This document shows positions 1 to 8,996 of a stretch of DNA of 64,000 bases, in pieces (positions within the stretch are counted from its first letter, which is position 1; each line of letters opens with the position of its first letter). The notes beneath the pieces were generated by a model. It searched no databases, was not told where the DNA came from, and saw only the letters and a list, made by a program, of their open reading frames with translations. Source of the DNA: Candidatus Bathyarchaeia archaeon (GTDB lineage Archaea; Thermoproteota; Bathyarchaeia; Bathyarchaeales; Bathycorpusculaceae). The stretch lies in contig JAVZLS010000001.1 in the NCBI GenBank assembly GCA_038883715.1, positions 64,001 to 128,000 of the forward strand, read 5' to 3'. The position numbers and the translations under genes are program-made.

Positions 1-1140
1 CGGAAAAGCCTCATGAACAGCAGTATTCCTAATCGAAGGATAGTTTAAGTGCTTTCCAAGGTTTGCGGGATCTTTCGGCCTAGTTACCACATAAATCCCT
101 ATCTGCGGCTTGTCAAATTTCGCTGGCATCATTAAGGCTGCGAAGGGTATAACAGGCGTCATGAAGGCTGGGGTCTCCTCAACCAGCAGCACATCCTCTG
201 GATAAACCGTTGCGATGCCCTTTTCTTGGACGAAACGCCTTGCCTCCTCCATCGCTTTTTTGGTATATTCCAGAGCTTCTTCGAAAGTTTTTGGGGCCTT
301 ACTCTCAATCATTTTGAGAACATCTTCAACAGACTTTCCAGGGGCTATTTGTTGGGCAATGCGCTCCCTTTCAGCTTTCAATTCGTTTAGGTATTTTATG
401 CCAAGCTGAAGTATTTCATCAGAGGTCATTCCAAGCTCGCGAAGCTGGAGAAGCCTTTCAAATTTTTCCTTGCCAAGAGCCCACTCCTCACATGTCTTGT
501 TTAGGAGGTTGTGGAGCCAATCCATGTGCGCTTTAAATGCTGGGTAAAAGTTTTCCACAGCTTTTTGAAGCCTCTCGTAGGTCTTGTCTGAGATCTTACC
601 TTTCACTGCTTGAAGTATGAAAATGAATAAGCCCATCAAGTTTTGGGTTTTCTCTATGGCTAACTGTGTCCACAGTCGCACCGGCTGCGATTTCTCGAAT
701 CTTGAACGGAACTCTTCAAGGTATCTGGGCATCTGCTCTATTCTTGCGGCTATTGCGTCAATTCGCTTTTCCAAGGGCGCATAATCCCTTGTGAACATTA
801 TGAATATTAGTCCGCCCAGGTCCTCTGAAACGTCCGGGTTTAACTCATGAATCCGCCTTTCATAAAAGTCAAATTTCCAACGTTCGTACGCCTTCTCCAA
901 AACTTCCCAATCTATTTTATGATCTTCGTTGAGTTCAGTTGGATTCACAGTTTCCCTCAAGCGGGTAAGTCCTTCTTCCATCAGTTTGAGGTTTTCCAGA
1001 AGCCTTTCAGTGGAGCCCTTCGGCAGCATATAATCGTAGGGTTCATGAAGCCCTAAATAGGTGGCAAAGTCAGGGTTTTTCTCCAAAAACTTTTCTAGAA
1101 ACTCTTTTGTAAACTTTTCAAATACTTCATCAGCGCTCAT
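1..1140 (-). CDS. DUF885 family protein (putative metallopeptidase-like), 3' end off the window edge
   Basis: Not in the ORF track. Manual translation from ATG at 1140: MSADEVFEKFTKEFLEKFLEKNPDFATYLGLHEPYD...EEWALGKENF...RNTAVHEAFP; open to position 1. The NPxxATxLG start and VHEAFP motif are typical of DUF885. Confidence 0.8.
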   Translation of the reverse strand, partial: MSADEVFEKFTKEFLEKFLEKNPDFATYLGLHEPYDYMLPKGSTERLLENLKLMEEGLTRLRETVNPTELNEDHKIDWEVLEKAYERWKFDFYERRIHELNPDVSEDLGGLIFIMFTRDYAPLEKRIDAIAARIEQMPRYLEEFRSRFEKSQPVRLWTQLAIEKTQNLMGLFIFILQAVKGKISDKTYERLQKAVENFYPAFKAHMDWLHNLLNKTCEEWALGKEKFERLLQLRELGMTSDEILQLGIKYLNELKAERERIAQQIAPGKSVEDVLKMIESKAPKTFEEALEYTKKAMEEARRFVQEKGIATVYPEDVLLVEETPAFMTPVIPFAALMMPAKFDKPQIGIYVVTRPKDPANLGKHLNYPSIRNTAVHEAFP

Positions 1141-1269
1141 TTTCACCACTTTTGAAATTTTTAGCTCGGCGAGGCTTTAAGCTTTTAGAGGCTTTAGCCC
1201 ACAACTGTTAAAACAGCACAAGTTCTTTAAGACGTAAATGTTATTATAGATAGAAAGCGAGGAATCCAC

Positions 1270-1962
1270 ATGGCAATTGAAAAAACGCCTGGAAAAAATG
1301 AGATTCTTTTTGTTTGGTTTAACCGTTATGCTGGAGTAACCATAAAAACCCCCTTGAAAACCCTCGTGGTAGATCCTGTTGACGTGAAGCCCAAAGTTTT
1401 CCAGAAGGTTGACGCCATCCTCATAAGCCACGAGCACTACGACCACCTAGACCCGTCGCTTGTCTCAGAAGTCCACAAGTTGACTGGTTGCATGGTCATA
1501 GCAGACCCAACATCCGCAAGGAGACTTCGCAACACCATACCAGCTGAAAAACTACACGAAGTTCAACCGGGCTCTGGGGTTAAAGTCGGCGAAGTCTCTG
1601 TAAAAGCCGAAAAATGTAATCATCCACCAGCAGCCACACCTATATCCTTCATAATAACAAGCGAGGACGGCGTAAAAGTCTTCCACACAGCGGACAGCCT
1701 CCCCTTCCCAGAAATGGCAAGCATAGGTGAGAGAGAAAAATTCGACTTGGTCTTCTGCACCGTCGGCATTGCACCTGGAACTTCGCCGGAAACAGGCGTT
1801 GAGATAGCCAGACTTACGAAGCCTAAGGTGGCTGTTCCCTATCATACCGGCTCTTCTGCAGACCTTAAAAGGTTCGGCGAACTTTTGAAGAGGGAGATGC
1901 CAAAGGTCACATGCCTAATCCCAGAGGTTGGAAAGATTTACCAGGTTTCAAAAAAGGTGTAG
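1270..1962 (+). CDS. MBL-fold metallo-hydrolase (UlaG-like)
   Basis: SHEHYDH motif, VFHTAD, VPYH. Confidence 0.85.
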   Translation: MAIEKTPGKNEILFVWFNRYAGVTIKTPLKTLVVDPVDVKPKVFQKVDAILISHEHYDHLDPSLVSEVHKLTGCMVIADPTSARRLRNTIPAEKLHEVQPGSGVKVGEVSVKAEKCNHPPAATPISFIITSEDGVKVFHTADSLPFPEMASIGEREKFDLVFCTVGIAPGTSPETGVEIARLTKPKVAVPYHTGSSADLKRFGELLKREMPKVTCLIPEVGKIYQVSKKV

Positions 1963-1965
1963 AGA

Positions 1966-2595
1966 ATGCTTAAAGAAAAGGGCGGCGGAGACATCAAAGC
2001 CGAAGTCTGCAAAATCCTAAACAAGATTGGCGCCCTACAATTTGGAACCTTCAAGCTCACAAGCGGGAAAATAAGCCCATACTACATAGACCTACGCATA
2101 GTTCCAAGCTTCCCAGACGCCTTCCAGAAAATCTGCAGCCTCTACACAAACTTTGTCAGGGAGAAGATAGGCGTTGAAAACTTCGAAAGAGTGGCCGGAA
2201 TCCCCGTGGCAGGCATACCCTTCGCCTCGCTGGTAGCCTACAACCTCAAAAAGCCATTCTTATACATACGCAAAGGCGTGCGCCTCCATGGAAGACAAAG
2301 AAGAGTTGAAGGAATCCTCACACCCGGAGACAGAGTTCTCCTAGTGGACGACCTAATCACCACCGGACTATCGCTTAGAAGGGCGGCAAAAGCCATAACA
2401 GCCGAAGGTGGAATAGTAAACGACGCAGTGGTCTTATTAGACAGAGAGGAAGGCGGCGAGGAAAAATTAAAGAAAAACGGTATTAGGCTTCACGCCCTCC
2501 TCAACATCAGCGAAGTGGCAAAAACGCTCTACGAGACAGGCGCAATAAACGAGGAACAGTTAAAGACGATTTTGAAGCAAGTTAAAAAGGAATAA
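1966..2595 (+). CDS. pyrE: orotate phosphoribosyltransferase
   Basis: FKLTSGKISPYYIDLR, PRPP-binding VLLVDDLITTG. Confidence 0.95.
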   Translation: MLKEKGGGDIKAEVCKILNKIGALQFGTFKLTSGKISPYYIDLRIVPSFPDAFQKICSLYTNFVREKIGVENFERVAGIPVAGIPFASLVAYNLKKPFLYIRKGVRLHGRQRRVEGILTPGDRVLLVDDLITTGLSLRRAAKAITAEGGIVNDAVVLLDREEGGEEKLKKNGIRLHALLNISEVAKTLYETGAINEEQLKTILKQVKKE

Positions 2596-2627
2596 AAAGA
2601 AAGCGTTAGAAGATGCTGGAAAGGGCC

Positions 2628-3197
2628 TCACTCGTAGAATATTAATTTCTTCTCCTCCAACATCTCATGAAGCTTATGGACGGCATCATAAACGTCTTGC
2701 TCTCTCTTAGCTCCTGTGCAGACAAGCTTGCCACTTGCAAAAAGCAGTATAACAACTTTGGGATTATCCATCCTATAGATTAGCCCTGGAAACTGCTCAG
2801 GCTCATACATGGTTTTTCCAAGAGTGTAGGCTGCCTTCTCCAGGTCTATCATACCGCCAAGACTCGCAGAAGCCACAATGTTCTGAATTTTCAATTCAGG
2901 CTTGCTTATGATTATTATTCCGCCCCGCTTCAGCTCCTTGATAACCTTCATGACAGCCCTACGCGCTTCCTTCTCGGATTTGGCTCCGGTGCAAACCATC
3001 TTACCAGAATTGAAGATTAAAGTGGCTGTTTTTGGCCTTTTAAGCCTAAAAACAAGCCCTGGAAACTGTTCAGGACGGTATTCGACTCCAGGATAGCCTT
3101 TAACAACGGCGTTCAAGTCCACCTTTTGATTCAAAGTTGCTGAAGCTACAACATTTTCTATGCTTATCATAGCCTTGACTTTAGGCATAAACACCAC
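2628..3197 (-). CDS. tbp: TATA-box-binding protein
   Basis: Two repeats of NxVAS...YxPEQFPGL..R...LxFxSGKxVCTGAK. Confidence 0.98.
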   Translation of the reverse strand: MVFMPKVKAMISIENVVASATLNQKVDLNAVVKGYPGVEYRPEQFPGLVFRLKRPKTATLIFNSGKMVCTGAKSEKEARRAVMKVIKELKRGGIIIISKPELKIQNIVASASLGGMIDLEKAAYTLGKTMYEPEQFPGLIYRMDNPKVVILLFASGKLVCTGAKREQDVYDAVHKLHEMLEEKKLIFYE

Positions 3198-3332
3198 TTC
3201 TACATATCAAGTCTTTAAATATCCTTTATAAAGCCTTAGGTTTAAAACTCTCTTAAAAGATTTGAGCTCTAATCTGGTAAAAACTTAAATCAATCAATCG
3301 TAACCTTTATGACTCTATAAAGGGTTGAAGAG

Positions 3333-4280
3333 TTGGGGAAAACTTCCAAGCAGGGATACATGTTTATACCGCCTGCGGTCTTCGCATCATTCCTTTTAGC
3401 CTTCTATTTGACTTTCAAAATCCTGCCAGGTCCAGAATTTATATTTCTATGCCTGTTTGTGTACACCTCTTATGCTAAAGGCGATAACTGCTTTGTGAGA
3501 GCCTTCACGCCATTCATTTTATCTTTTCTATCCTATGAGGCGTTGAATGGGCTTATAGACCGCGTGCCAAGATATATCCACGTTCACGAGCCAGTAGCCG
3601 CTGACTTATGGATTTTTAATGCTGTCCCAACCCTTGTGCTTCAAAAGTCCATTAGGACGCCAATTTTAGACTACATTGGAGCCACTGTTTACTCCCTACA
3701 TTTCATAGCTCCAACAATCTTCGCCTTCACATTGTGGAAATATAAGCCGGGACAGTACCAAAAATATGTCCTAGCCTTTATGATATGCACTTATAGTGCC
3801 CTCATAACATACCTTGTTTTTCCAGTGGCGCCCCCATGGTATGGGGTTGGAGCCACCAGAATACTTTTCCAGGTTGACCATAACTTGGGCGTTCCCATGT
3901 ATAGGACAATCTACAATTATATTGGAGTAAACCAATTCGCGGCATTTCCAAGCCTTCATTCGGCAATCCCATGGCTAATAGCCCTCTCCGCTCTTAACGC
4001 TTGGAAGAAGAAAGCCTTACCAACCTTAATTTTTCCTGTGACGGTCTGGTTCAGTGCCGTTTACCTTGGAGAGCATTACGTTATTGATGTTGTTGGCGGG
4101 ATTGTTTATGCAACCTTAGCTTTTATCATGGCGTATAAAAAAGATAGAATTAAGATTAGCTTTGCCTTTGGCGAGAGTTTCGCCGACTTAATACTTGATA
4201 GTTTGGAAAAGATTGAGCTTCCAGTATACCGAAAAGGCGAACAAATTTACGCCTTCATCGTTAGGCGCGTCTTGTTGTAA
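3333..4280 (+). CDS. PAP2-superfamily membrane phosphatase/phosphotransferase (Aur1/Ipt1-like); start may be ATG 3360
   Basis: Multiple TM segments; PVAPPW, AAFPSLH and YLGEHYVIDV motifs. Confidence 0.8.
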   Translation: MGKTSKQGYMFIPPAVFASFLLAFYLTFKILPGPEFIFLCLFVYTSYAKGDNCFVRAFTPFILSFLSYEALNGLIDRVPRYIHVHEPVAADLWIFNAVPTLVLQKSIRTPILDYIGATVYSLHFIAPTIFAFTLWKYKPGQYQKYVLAFMICTYSALITYLVFPVAPPWYGVGATRILFQVDHNLGVPMYRTIYNYIGVNQFAAFPSLHSAIPWLIALSALNAWKKKALPTLIFPVTVWFSAVYLGEHYVIDVVGGIVYATLAFIMAYKKDRIKISFAFGESFADLILDSLEKIELPVYRKGEQIYAFIVRRVLL

Positions 4281-4294
4281 AGCTAATTTATGTA

Positions 4295-4498
4295 TTACAT
4301 TTTTCGCCACAAGTCTGAGACTCGTCCAACCTTTACAAGTTTCCATTTGCCGAAAAAGTCCTTTTTATAAAAGTGGTATAAGCCACATTGGGGACACTGC
4401 ATGATTCGCCGGTTCTTCTCGTAGTCCATTTCATAAAGTTTTAATTCTGTGCCACATTCGACGCATTTGGGCTGCGCCTTTATGGTTTCCCTAAACAC
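4295..4498 (-). CDS. small zinc-ribbon protein
   Basis: CVECG...CPQCG; overlaps the signal peptidase stop, consistent with translational coupling. Confidence 0.6.
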   Translation of the reverse strand: MFRETIKAQPKCVECGTELKLYEMDYEKNRRIMQCPQCGLYHFYKKDFFGKWKLVKVGRVSDLWRKM

Positions 4499-5432
4499 GA
4501 ACCCCCAACTCCATCCGCCTTTTTCTTCTCCAAGCTCTTAGGAAATTGTAGAGCTTCCATAAGTTGTAGACTGCCAGTATTATAAGGAAAAGTTGGAACC
4601 ATGAAAATGTCGGGACTCCATAGCGCAGATTACCACTTACTTGATAGTCAATTTGATATGTCAAGAAGCCTAAATGGAGATATGCTTTTGCGCTATATTT
4701 TTCATGAAATTGTAAGTCAGAGAACATGCCATAAATAATTGCTCTTTGTGGCGTGGCTCCGGGCTGGGGGATAGTTAAAGAACCCCATAAGCTGAAGATT
4801 ATGAGCCCTAGCAGAATTATGTTTATGATTATGTAGAAAAGTTGGCGGAGGCTTATTTTTGAGAAGAGCATTCTCTCTTCGATTTGTTGTCCCTCTTTGG
4901 GTTTTTCTTCCCGGCGGGTGCCGAAAGGCAACATTAGGATTATTAAGATCACTATAATCGCCAGAAATAGAATGTACATGTTTCTTTCTGAGTGAAGGAG
5001 AAGTGGTAGGTTGCCAATGGCGGGGATTCTTGCTATCACTTTGCCGATAAGCCTTGTTGAAGGCCATGAGGGGTCATTTGTGTTGGTGTTGTCCCCGCGG
5101 GTTGTAATCCAATAAACGCCATTCTCGTCGCGCGTTACATCGATGGCTCTGTGGACAATAAGTTCGTCTCCACGCCAATAAACTAGGATGTCTCCATTGA
5201 TGAGATCGGCGCGGATTTGAGCTGGGTCTATTTTTTGCACTATTATTAGGTCTCCTATGTTTAGGGTTGGGAGCATGCTTCCCGATGCCACCGCAAGCGC
5301 TGGATATTCCGCTCCTAGGGCTGCCTGTGTGCCGTAATAGAGGCCGAAAACTATTATGAGGATTAGGATGATGGTTATTGCTGTTTGGAAGTATTCGTTT
5401 TTCCAAAGCCTTTTTAGTGTCTGCGTTGCCAA
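4491..5432 (-). CDS. signal peptidase I (S26B/Sec11 type) with extra C-terminal membrane region
   Basis: SGSMLPTLNIGD catalytic Ser, IVHR His, TRGDN; additional C-terminal TM helices. Confidence 0.9.
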   Translation of the reverse strand: MATQTLKRLWKNEYFQTAITIILILIIVFGLYYGTQAALGAEYPALAVASGSMLPTLNIGDLIIVQKIDPAQIRADLINGDILVYWRGDELIVHRAIDVTRDENGVYWITTRGDNTNTNDPSWPSTRLIGKVIARIPAIGNLPLLLHSERNMYILFLAIIVILIILMLPFGTRREEKPKEGQQIEERMLFSKISLRQLFYIIINIILLGLIIFSLWGSLTIPQPGATPQRAIIYGMFSDLQFHEKYSAKAYLHLGFLTYQIDYQVSGNLRYGVPTFSWFQLFLIILAVYNLWKLYNFLRAWRRKRRMELGVRV

Positions 5433-5540
5433 GTTTTTGCCTTCTTAGAGGTTTAGTTTGTCTTGTTGAATTAGCCTTCCGTGTTTTAAAACTTAACGCT
5501 TAGTTTGGGAAAATAAAAATGAGGGGGTTGCGGGATACGT

Positions 5541-5750
5541 TTAGATTTCTATGCCTTCTGCGCCCAGTTTGACTTTGCTTACTATTCCCTTAAACTTTTT
5601 TCCACATTTTGGGCATTCATACATGCCGAAGACCGTCATGGTTATCCTCATTTTCTTGTCTGGAAAGGGGGCGATTAGCTCCCATGTCTTGTAAGGGTCT
5701 TTAACCTCTGTTCCACATTCGGGACACATGTTCTGTTTAGCCTTTGGCAT
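5541..5750 (-). CDS. zinc-ribbon Cren7-like chromatin protein, paralog 1 (69 aa)
   Basis: MPKAKQNMCPECG..PYKTWELIAPFPD..RITMTVFGMYECPKCGKKFK matches the Cren7 pattern P-x-K-x-W...GxF/Y-x-x-P...KxFR. Start reassigned to ATG 5750. Confidence 0.7.
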   Translation of the reverse strand: MPKAKQNMCPECGTEVKDPYKTWELIAPFPDKKMRITMTVFGMYECPKCGKKFKGIVSKVKLGAEGIEI

Positions 5751-5791
5751 GTTAGGTCGCCGGTTTGGCTTCGCCCTTTTAATGAAAGGGT

Positions 5792-5962
5792 TTAAACCTT
5801 CTTCTTGCTTAGGACTTCTCGGAAAGCCTTCTTGCATTTTGGACAGTCAAACAGTCCTATTTCCAGCTGCATCCTTTTACCTGACTTGTCGGGGCGTCCG
5901 GCCATCGTCCACTTCTTCTTAGGTGTATTCACAACGGTTCCGCATTTTGGACATTTAGCCAT
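5792..5962 (-). CDS. zinc-ribbon Cren7-like chromatin protein, paralog 2 (56 aa)
   Basis: MAKCPKCG..TPKKKWTMAGRPD..LEIGLFDCPKCKKAFR; GGAGG upstream of ATG 5962. Confidence 0.7.
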   Translation of the reverse strand: MAKCPKCGTVVNTPKKKWTMAGRPDKSGKRMQLEIGLFDCPKCKKAFREVLSKKKV

Positions 5963-6098
5963 TATTTTTCCTCCAAACGTCCTCGATAACCATGGTTTTC
6001 TCATGATGGTAGATAAATAATTTTCCATTGCCTCCGAGTATGACGTCTGCCTTGGCATGGAAATGATGGCTTTTAAAAATGCTGTGAATGTTTTTGCT

Positions 6099-6362
6099 TC
6101 ATTTCTGGTTTTTGTGATGTAAGCCCACCACAATTTTTAGTCCTAAGCCTTTTTCCCTTTTCTTCATGTATCTTGTTTCCGTTTTTATGATTCTTATGTC
6201 GTTTCTAGCGTTTAAGTAGCTTAAAACTTCGTATTTGACTTTTCCAAGGGCTAGAAGGGTTATTGGATTTTCTAGCGCTTTTAAGCGTTTTTCCAGCTCT
6301 TCTTTCCATCTACCGTCTTTACCACAGAAAATTGGTCCCTTTCGCTCCAATTCGCTCGTCAC
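6099..6362 (-). CDS. small basic protein, possibly a divergent Alba-fold protein
   Basis: 87 aa, Lys/Arg-rich; IFCGK...ITLLALGK...IRIIKTET...GLKIVV parallels the Alba pattern VLIGK...IVIKARGR...IEIKEI...IEIAI (by eye). Confidence 0.45.
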   Translation of the reverse strand: MTSELERKGPIFCGKDGRWKEELEKRLKALENPITLLALGKVKYEVLSYLNARNDIRIIKTETRYMKKREKGLGLKIVVGLHHKNQK

Positions 6363-6616
6363 TCTTCTCTTTAGAGTTGAAAGTTTCCAATTTTGTGGCT
6401 TACATATTTCGGGTTTTTCGTTGCAGTTAAGGTTTGTGGAAGATAATTCTGGAAGAATCTTCTATTTTATCATAATCAACAAAAAATTTTTATTTATTGA
6501 TTCATGTTTTTGCGTTAATTTCGTATATGGTTTTCTTCCATGTCAAGCTGAAAACTGTTAAATTGGAGCTCCTCTATAATTTTGGAGAAAAATAATAAAA
6601 GGCTGAGGATTTAGTT

Positions 6617-7573
6617 TTGCCGCCCAGAAGGGTTTGGTGTAAAATTGCGCTTTTAACAGTTTGCTATTCGCTATTCCTTTTTGGTAGTGTTCAAGCAGTT
6701 TTATGTGAAAACCAGCCCTTGGTAAGGGTTTACTTCTTCGATGTGGGACAAGGAGACGCCATATTTATAGAAACAGATGGGCATGACGTGCTTATTGATG
6801 GTGGACCCCGTAGCGCCGGTTCAATGCTCATGGGCTATTTGTCTGATTTAGGCGTTTCGGAAATAGCCTACGTGGTTGCTACGCACCCCCATGAAGACCA
6901 CATAGGTGGGCTCATATCGGTTTTGGGGTCAAGCATATCCGTTAGCGTAGTCCTGTACAACAACCAAAGCGCCACTTCACAAGTGTACAAAGATTTCATG
7001 AGCCTTGCCCAAAGCAAAATAACCATCGTCCAGAGGGGACAACAATACATTTTAAGCGAAAATGTGAATTTCACAATTCTGAATCCTGTGCAGCCTCTTA
7101 ATTTCACAGTGGCGAACAGCAACAGCATAGTCCTACGGCTTCAGGTGGGAAACGTGGCTTTTCTTTTCACTGGCGATGCCACTTTTGAGGCTGAGGAAAG
7201 CATGATGGATGCTGGCTTAAACCTTTCAAGCCAAGTTTTGAAGGTCGCCCATCACGGAAGCAGATACGCAACTTCTGAAGCCTTTTTAGACGTTGTTAAT
7301 CCATCATACGCCGTAATCAGCGCTGGAATAGGTAACCCTTATGGACATCCACACGGCGAAACTGTTCAAAGGCTTCTAAGCAAGGGTGTAACGGTCTATG
7401 GAACATATGTTTCCGGAACAATAGTCATGGGCACCGACGGACAAACAGTGTACGTTTATGGAAACCCAACGCCGATTCCAGAATTCTCGCAGCATATAGT
7501 TTTATGCTACCTTTTGATTCTATTCGCCTTATTTATGTTATGGCAAAGCGCTATACAAGTTAAGCTAGGCTAG
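6617..7573 (+). CDS. secreted ComEC/Rec2-type MBL hydrolase with PEF-CTERM-like anchor
   Basis: Signal peptide; FFDVGQGDA, THPHEDHIGG, FTGDA, VAHHGS, NPYGHPH; ends PIPEF + TM helix. Confidence 0.85.
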   Translation: MPPRRVWCKIALLTVCYSLFLFGSVQAVLCENQPLVRVYFFDVGQGDAIFIETDGHDVLIDGGPRSAGSMLMGYLSDLGVSEIAYVVATHPHEDHIGGLISVLGSSISVSVVLYNNQSATSQVYKDFMSLAQSKITIVQRGQQYILSENVNFTILNPVQPLNFTVANSNSIVLRLQVGNVAFLFTGDATFEAEESMMDAGLNLSSQVLKVAHHGSRYATSEAFLDVVNPSYAVISAGIGNPYGHPHGETVQRLLSKGVTVYGTYVSGTIVMGTDGQTVYVYGNPTPIPEFSQHIVLCYLLILFALFMLWQSAIQVKLG

Positions 7574-8050
7574 CCGCTTTATTAGGCGTCCTTCCCGGTC
7601 TATTTCGCCCCTTCGAATTCGCGTTGTAGATATGGGTGCATGATTCTCCGATGGAACCATGTCTATGACTATTATGTTTAGGGGTTCCAGTCCGCGTTTG
7701 GCTCTCTCCTCGTTTATTTTCCTTGCTGTTGGTTCTGTTTCCCGGCTGACTATTAGGGCTTCTAGGCAGCCCCTTTGCAACGTAACTCCATAAGCGTCAT
7801 TTAGCGGGATTATTTTTGCCCTTTCCATTAAGCCGTGCTCTTGCAGGAAAGCCTTCAGCTCTTTTAAGCGTTCTTCGTAGGAGGCCACTATGTGGGGCTT
7901 GTTCATTTTGGCTACAAAATCGTCTGTGCATAAGCCTATCAATACTTGTTCGCCCACCTCAAAAGCCTTCAACAATAGCGCCTTATGTCCCTTGTGGAGT
8001 TCGTCGAAGGTTCCGCCAACAGCCACAACCTTAAACCTTTTAGCCTCCAA
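7565..8050 (-). CDS. coaD: phosphopantetheine adenylyltransferase (archaeal type)
   Basis: GGTFDELHKGH, VSRET, ISTTRIRRGEID. Confidence 0.9.
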   Translation of the reverse strand: MEAKRFKVVAVGGTFDELHKGHKALLLKAFEVGEQVLIGLCTDDFVAKMNKPHIVASYEERLKELKAFLQEHGLMERAKIIPLNDAYGVTLQRGCLEALIVSRETEPTARKINEERAKRGLEPLNIIVIDMVPSENHAPISTTRIRRGEIDREGRLIKRLA

Positions 8051-8053
8051 TCC

Positions 8054-8995
8054 CTATCCCAGCAGCCTCGCCCCGTAAAGCTCCACATTCGCCACGAGAA
8101 CCCTCTCTTCTGGAAGAACCCTCTTAAAAGCTTGAGCCACTCTCTCGGCGTTTTCCGATGTTGTTAATGCGTGGACAGCCTCCCCAACCATGTTTTGAGC
8201 CGCGCCGATAGCGCCAGCCTCGTCGGCAACCCGAAACAGCTTGCGAACTCGTTCGGTAGCGAAGCCCGTTTTTTCAGCAAAATCGCGGCAACAAGCCAAA
8301 AAATTCTCAAGGGATGGTTCAGCCAAAATCTTTTCTAGGATGAGCCTACCCCACCTGTTGACAGCTGAGCGTTTTTCAGGCGAGGATAAAACCTCTTTAG
8401 TCGGTATTGGACCAAAAACGCCGGCGACAATCACGTAGTCCTCAGATATTGGGATGTGGTCAATTATGGCTTTTCCAGGCGCGCCAGGCTCAACGGTAAT
8501 AACGCAGCCTCCGCCAATTGTTAGCGGTGCAACGGTGCCAAGACCAGTTTTGCATTTTATTTCTGCTATGTGAGCTATTTTGCCAAGCTGGTTAATTGTC
8601 AAATTTAACCCTAAAGCCTTAGATAAAGCCAAGGCAGCGGTTAGGGCTCCGCCGGCACTCGTACCAAAGCCAGCCCCTATGGGGACGTCAACCCAATGCC
8701 TAACCTCAACATCATAACAGCCATCAGCCCTTTCAAGAAGCATCTCAACAACAGTCCGCGTGGTCTCAGCATCCGGAGCGTTTCGTCTGTTAATGTAAAT
8801 TTTTACATTGTTTTGTTTTGCCTCTGAAACATGCACTTCTGTTGTTACGCCCTTCTTAATTCCGAAGCCCCCGCCCCTAGCGCCAACCTTTTCAAGGTCT
8901 TTTATTGGTGTTCCATCCGACATTGTGTCGCATATTTCAAAAAAACTCGAAATTCCAGCTGGACTGAAAGCTTTGGCTTTTTTCAAGGTTTTCAA
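8054..8995 (-). CDS. pantoate kinase (GHMP family)
   Basis: AFSPAGISSFF, PIGAGFGTSAG, AHIAEI..KTGLGTV, QNMVGE; adjacent to coaD. Confidence 0.85.
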   Translation of the reverse strand: MKTLKKAKAFSPAGISSFFEICDTMSDGTPIKDLEKVGARGGGFGIKKGVTTEVHVSEAKQNNVKIYINRRNAPDAETTRTVVEMLLERADGCYDVEVRHWVDVPIGAGFGTSAGGALTAALALSKALGLNLTINQLGKIAHIAEIKCKTGLGTVAPLTIGGGCVITVEPGAPGKAIIDHIPISEDYVIVAGVFGPIPTKEVLSSPEKRSAVNRWGRLILEKILAEPSLENFLACCRDFAEKTGFATERVRKLFRVADEAGAIGAAQNMVGEAVHALTTSENAERVAQAFKRVLPEERVLVANVELYGARLLG

Positions 8996-8996
8996 T

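Noticed and set aside
5751-6133. Long N-terminal extensions of the Cren7-like ORFs given in the track
   Set aside because: They overlap neighbouring genes. Internal ATGs at 5750 and 5962 give compact domains, and the second has a clear SD.
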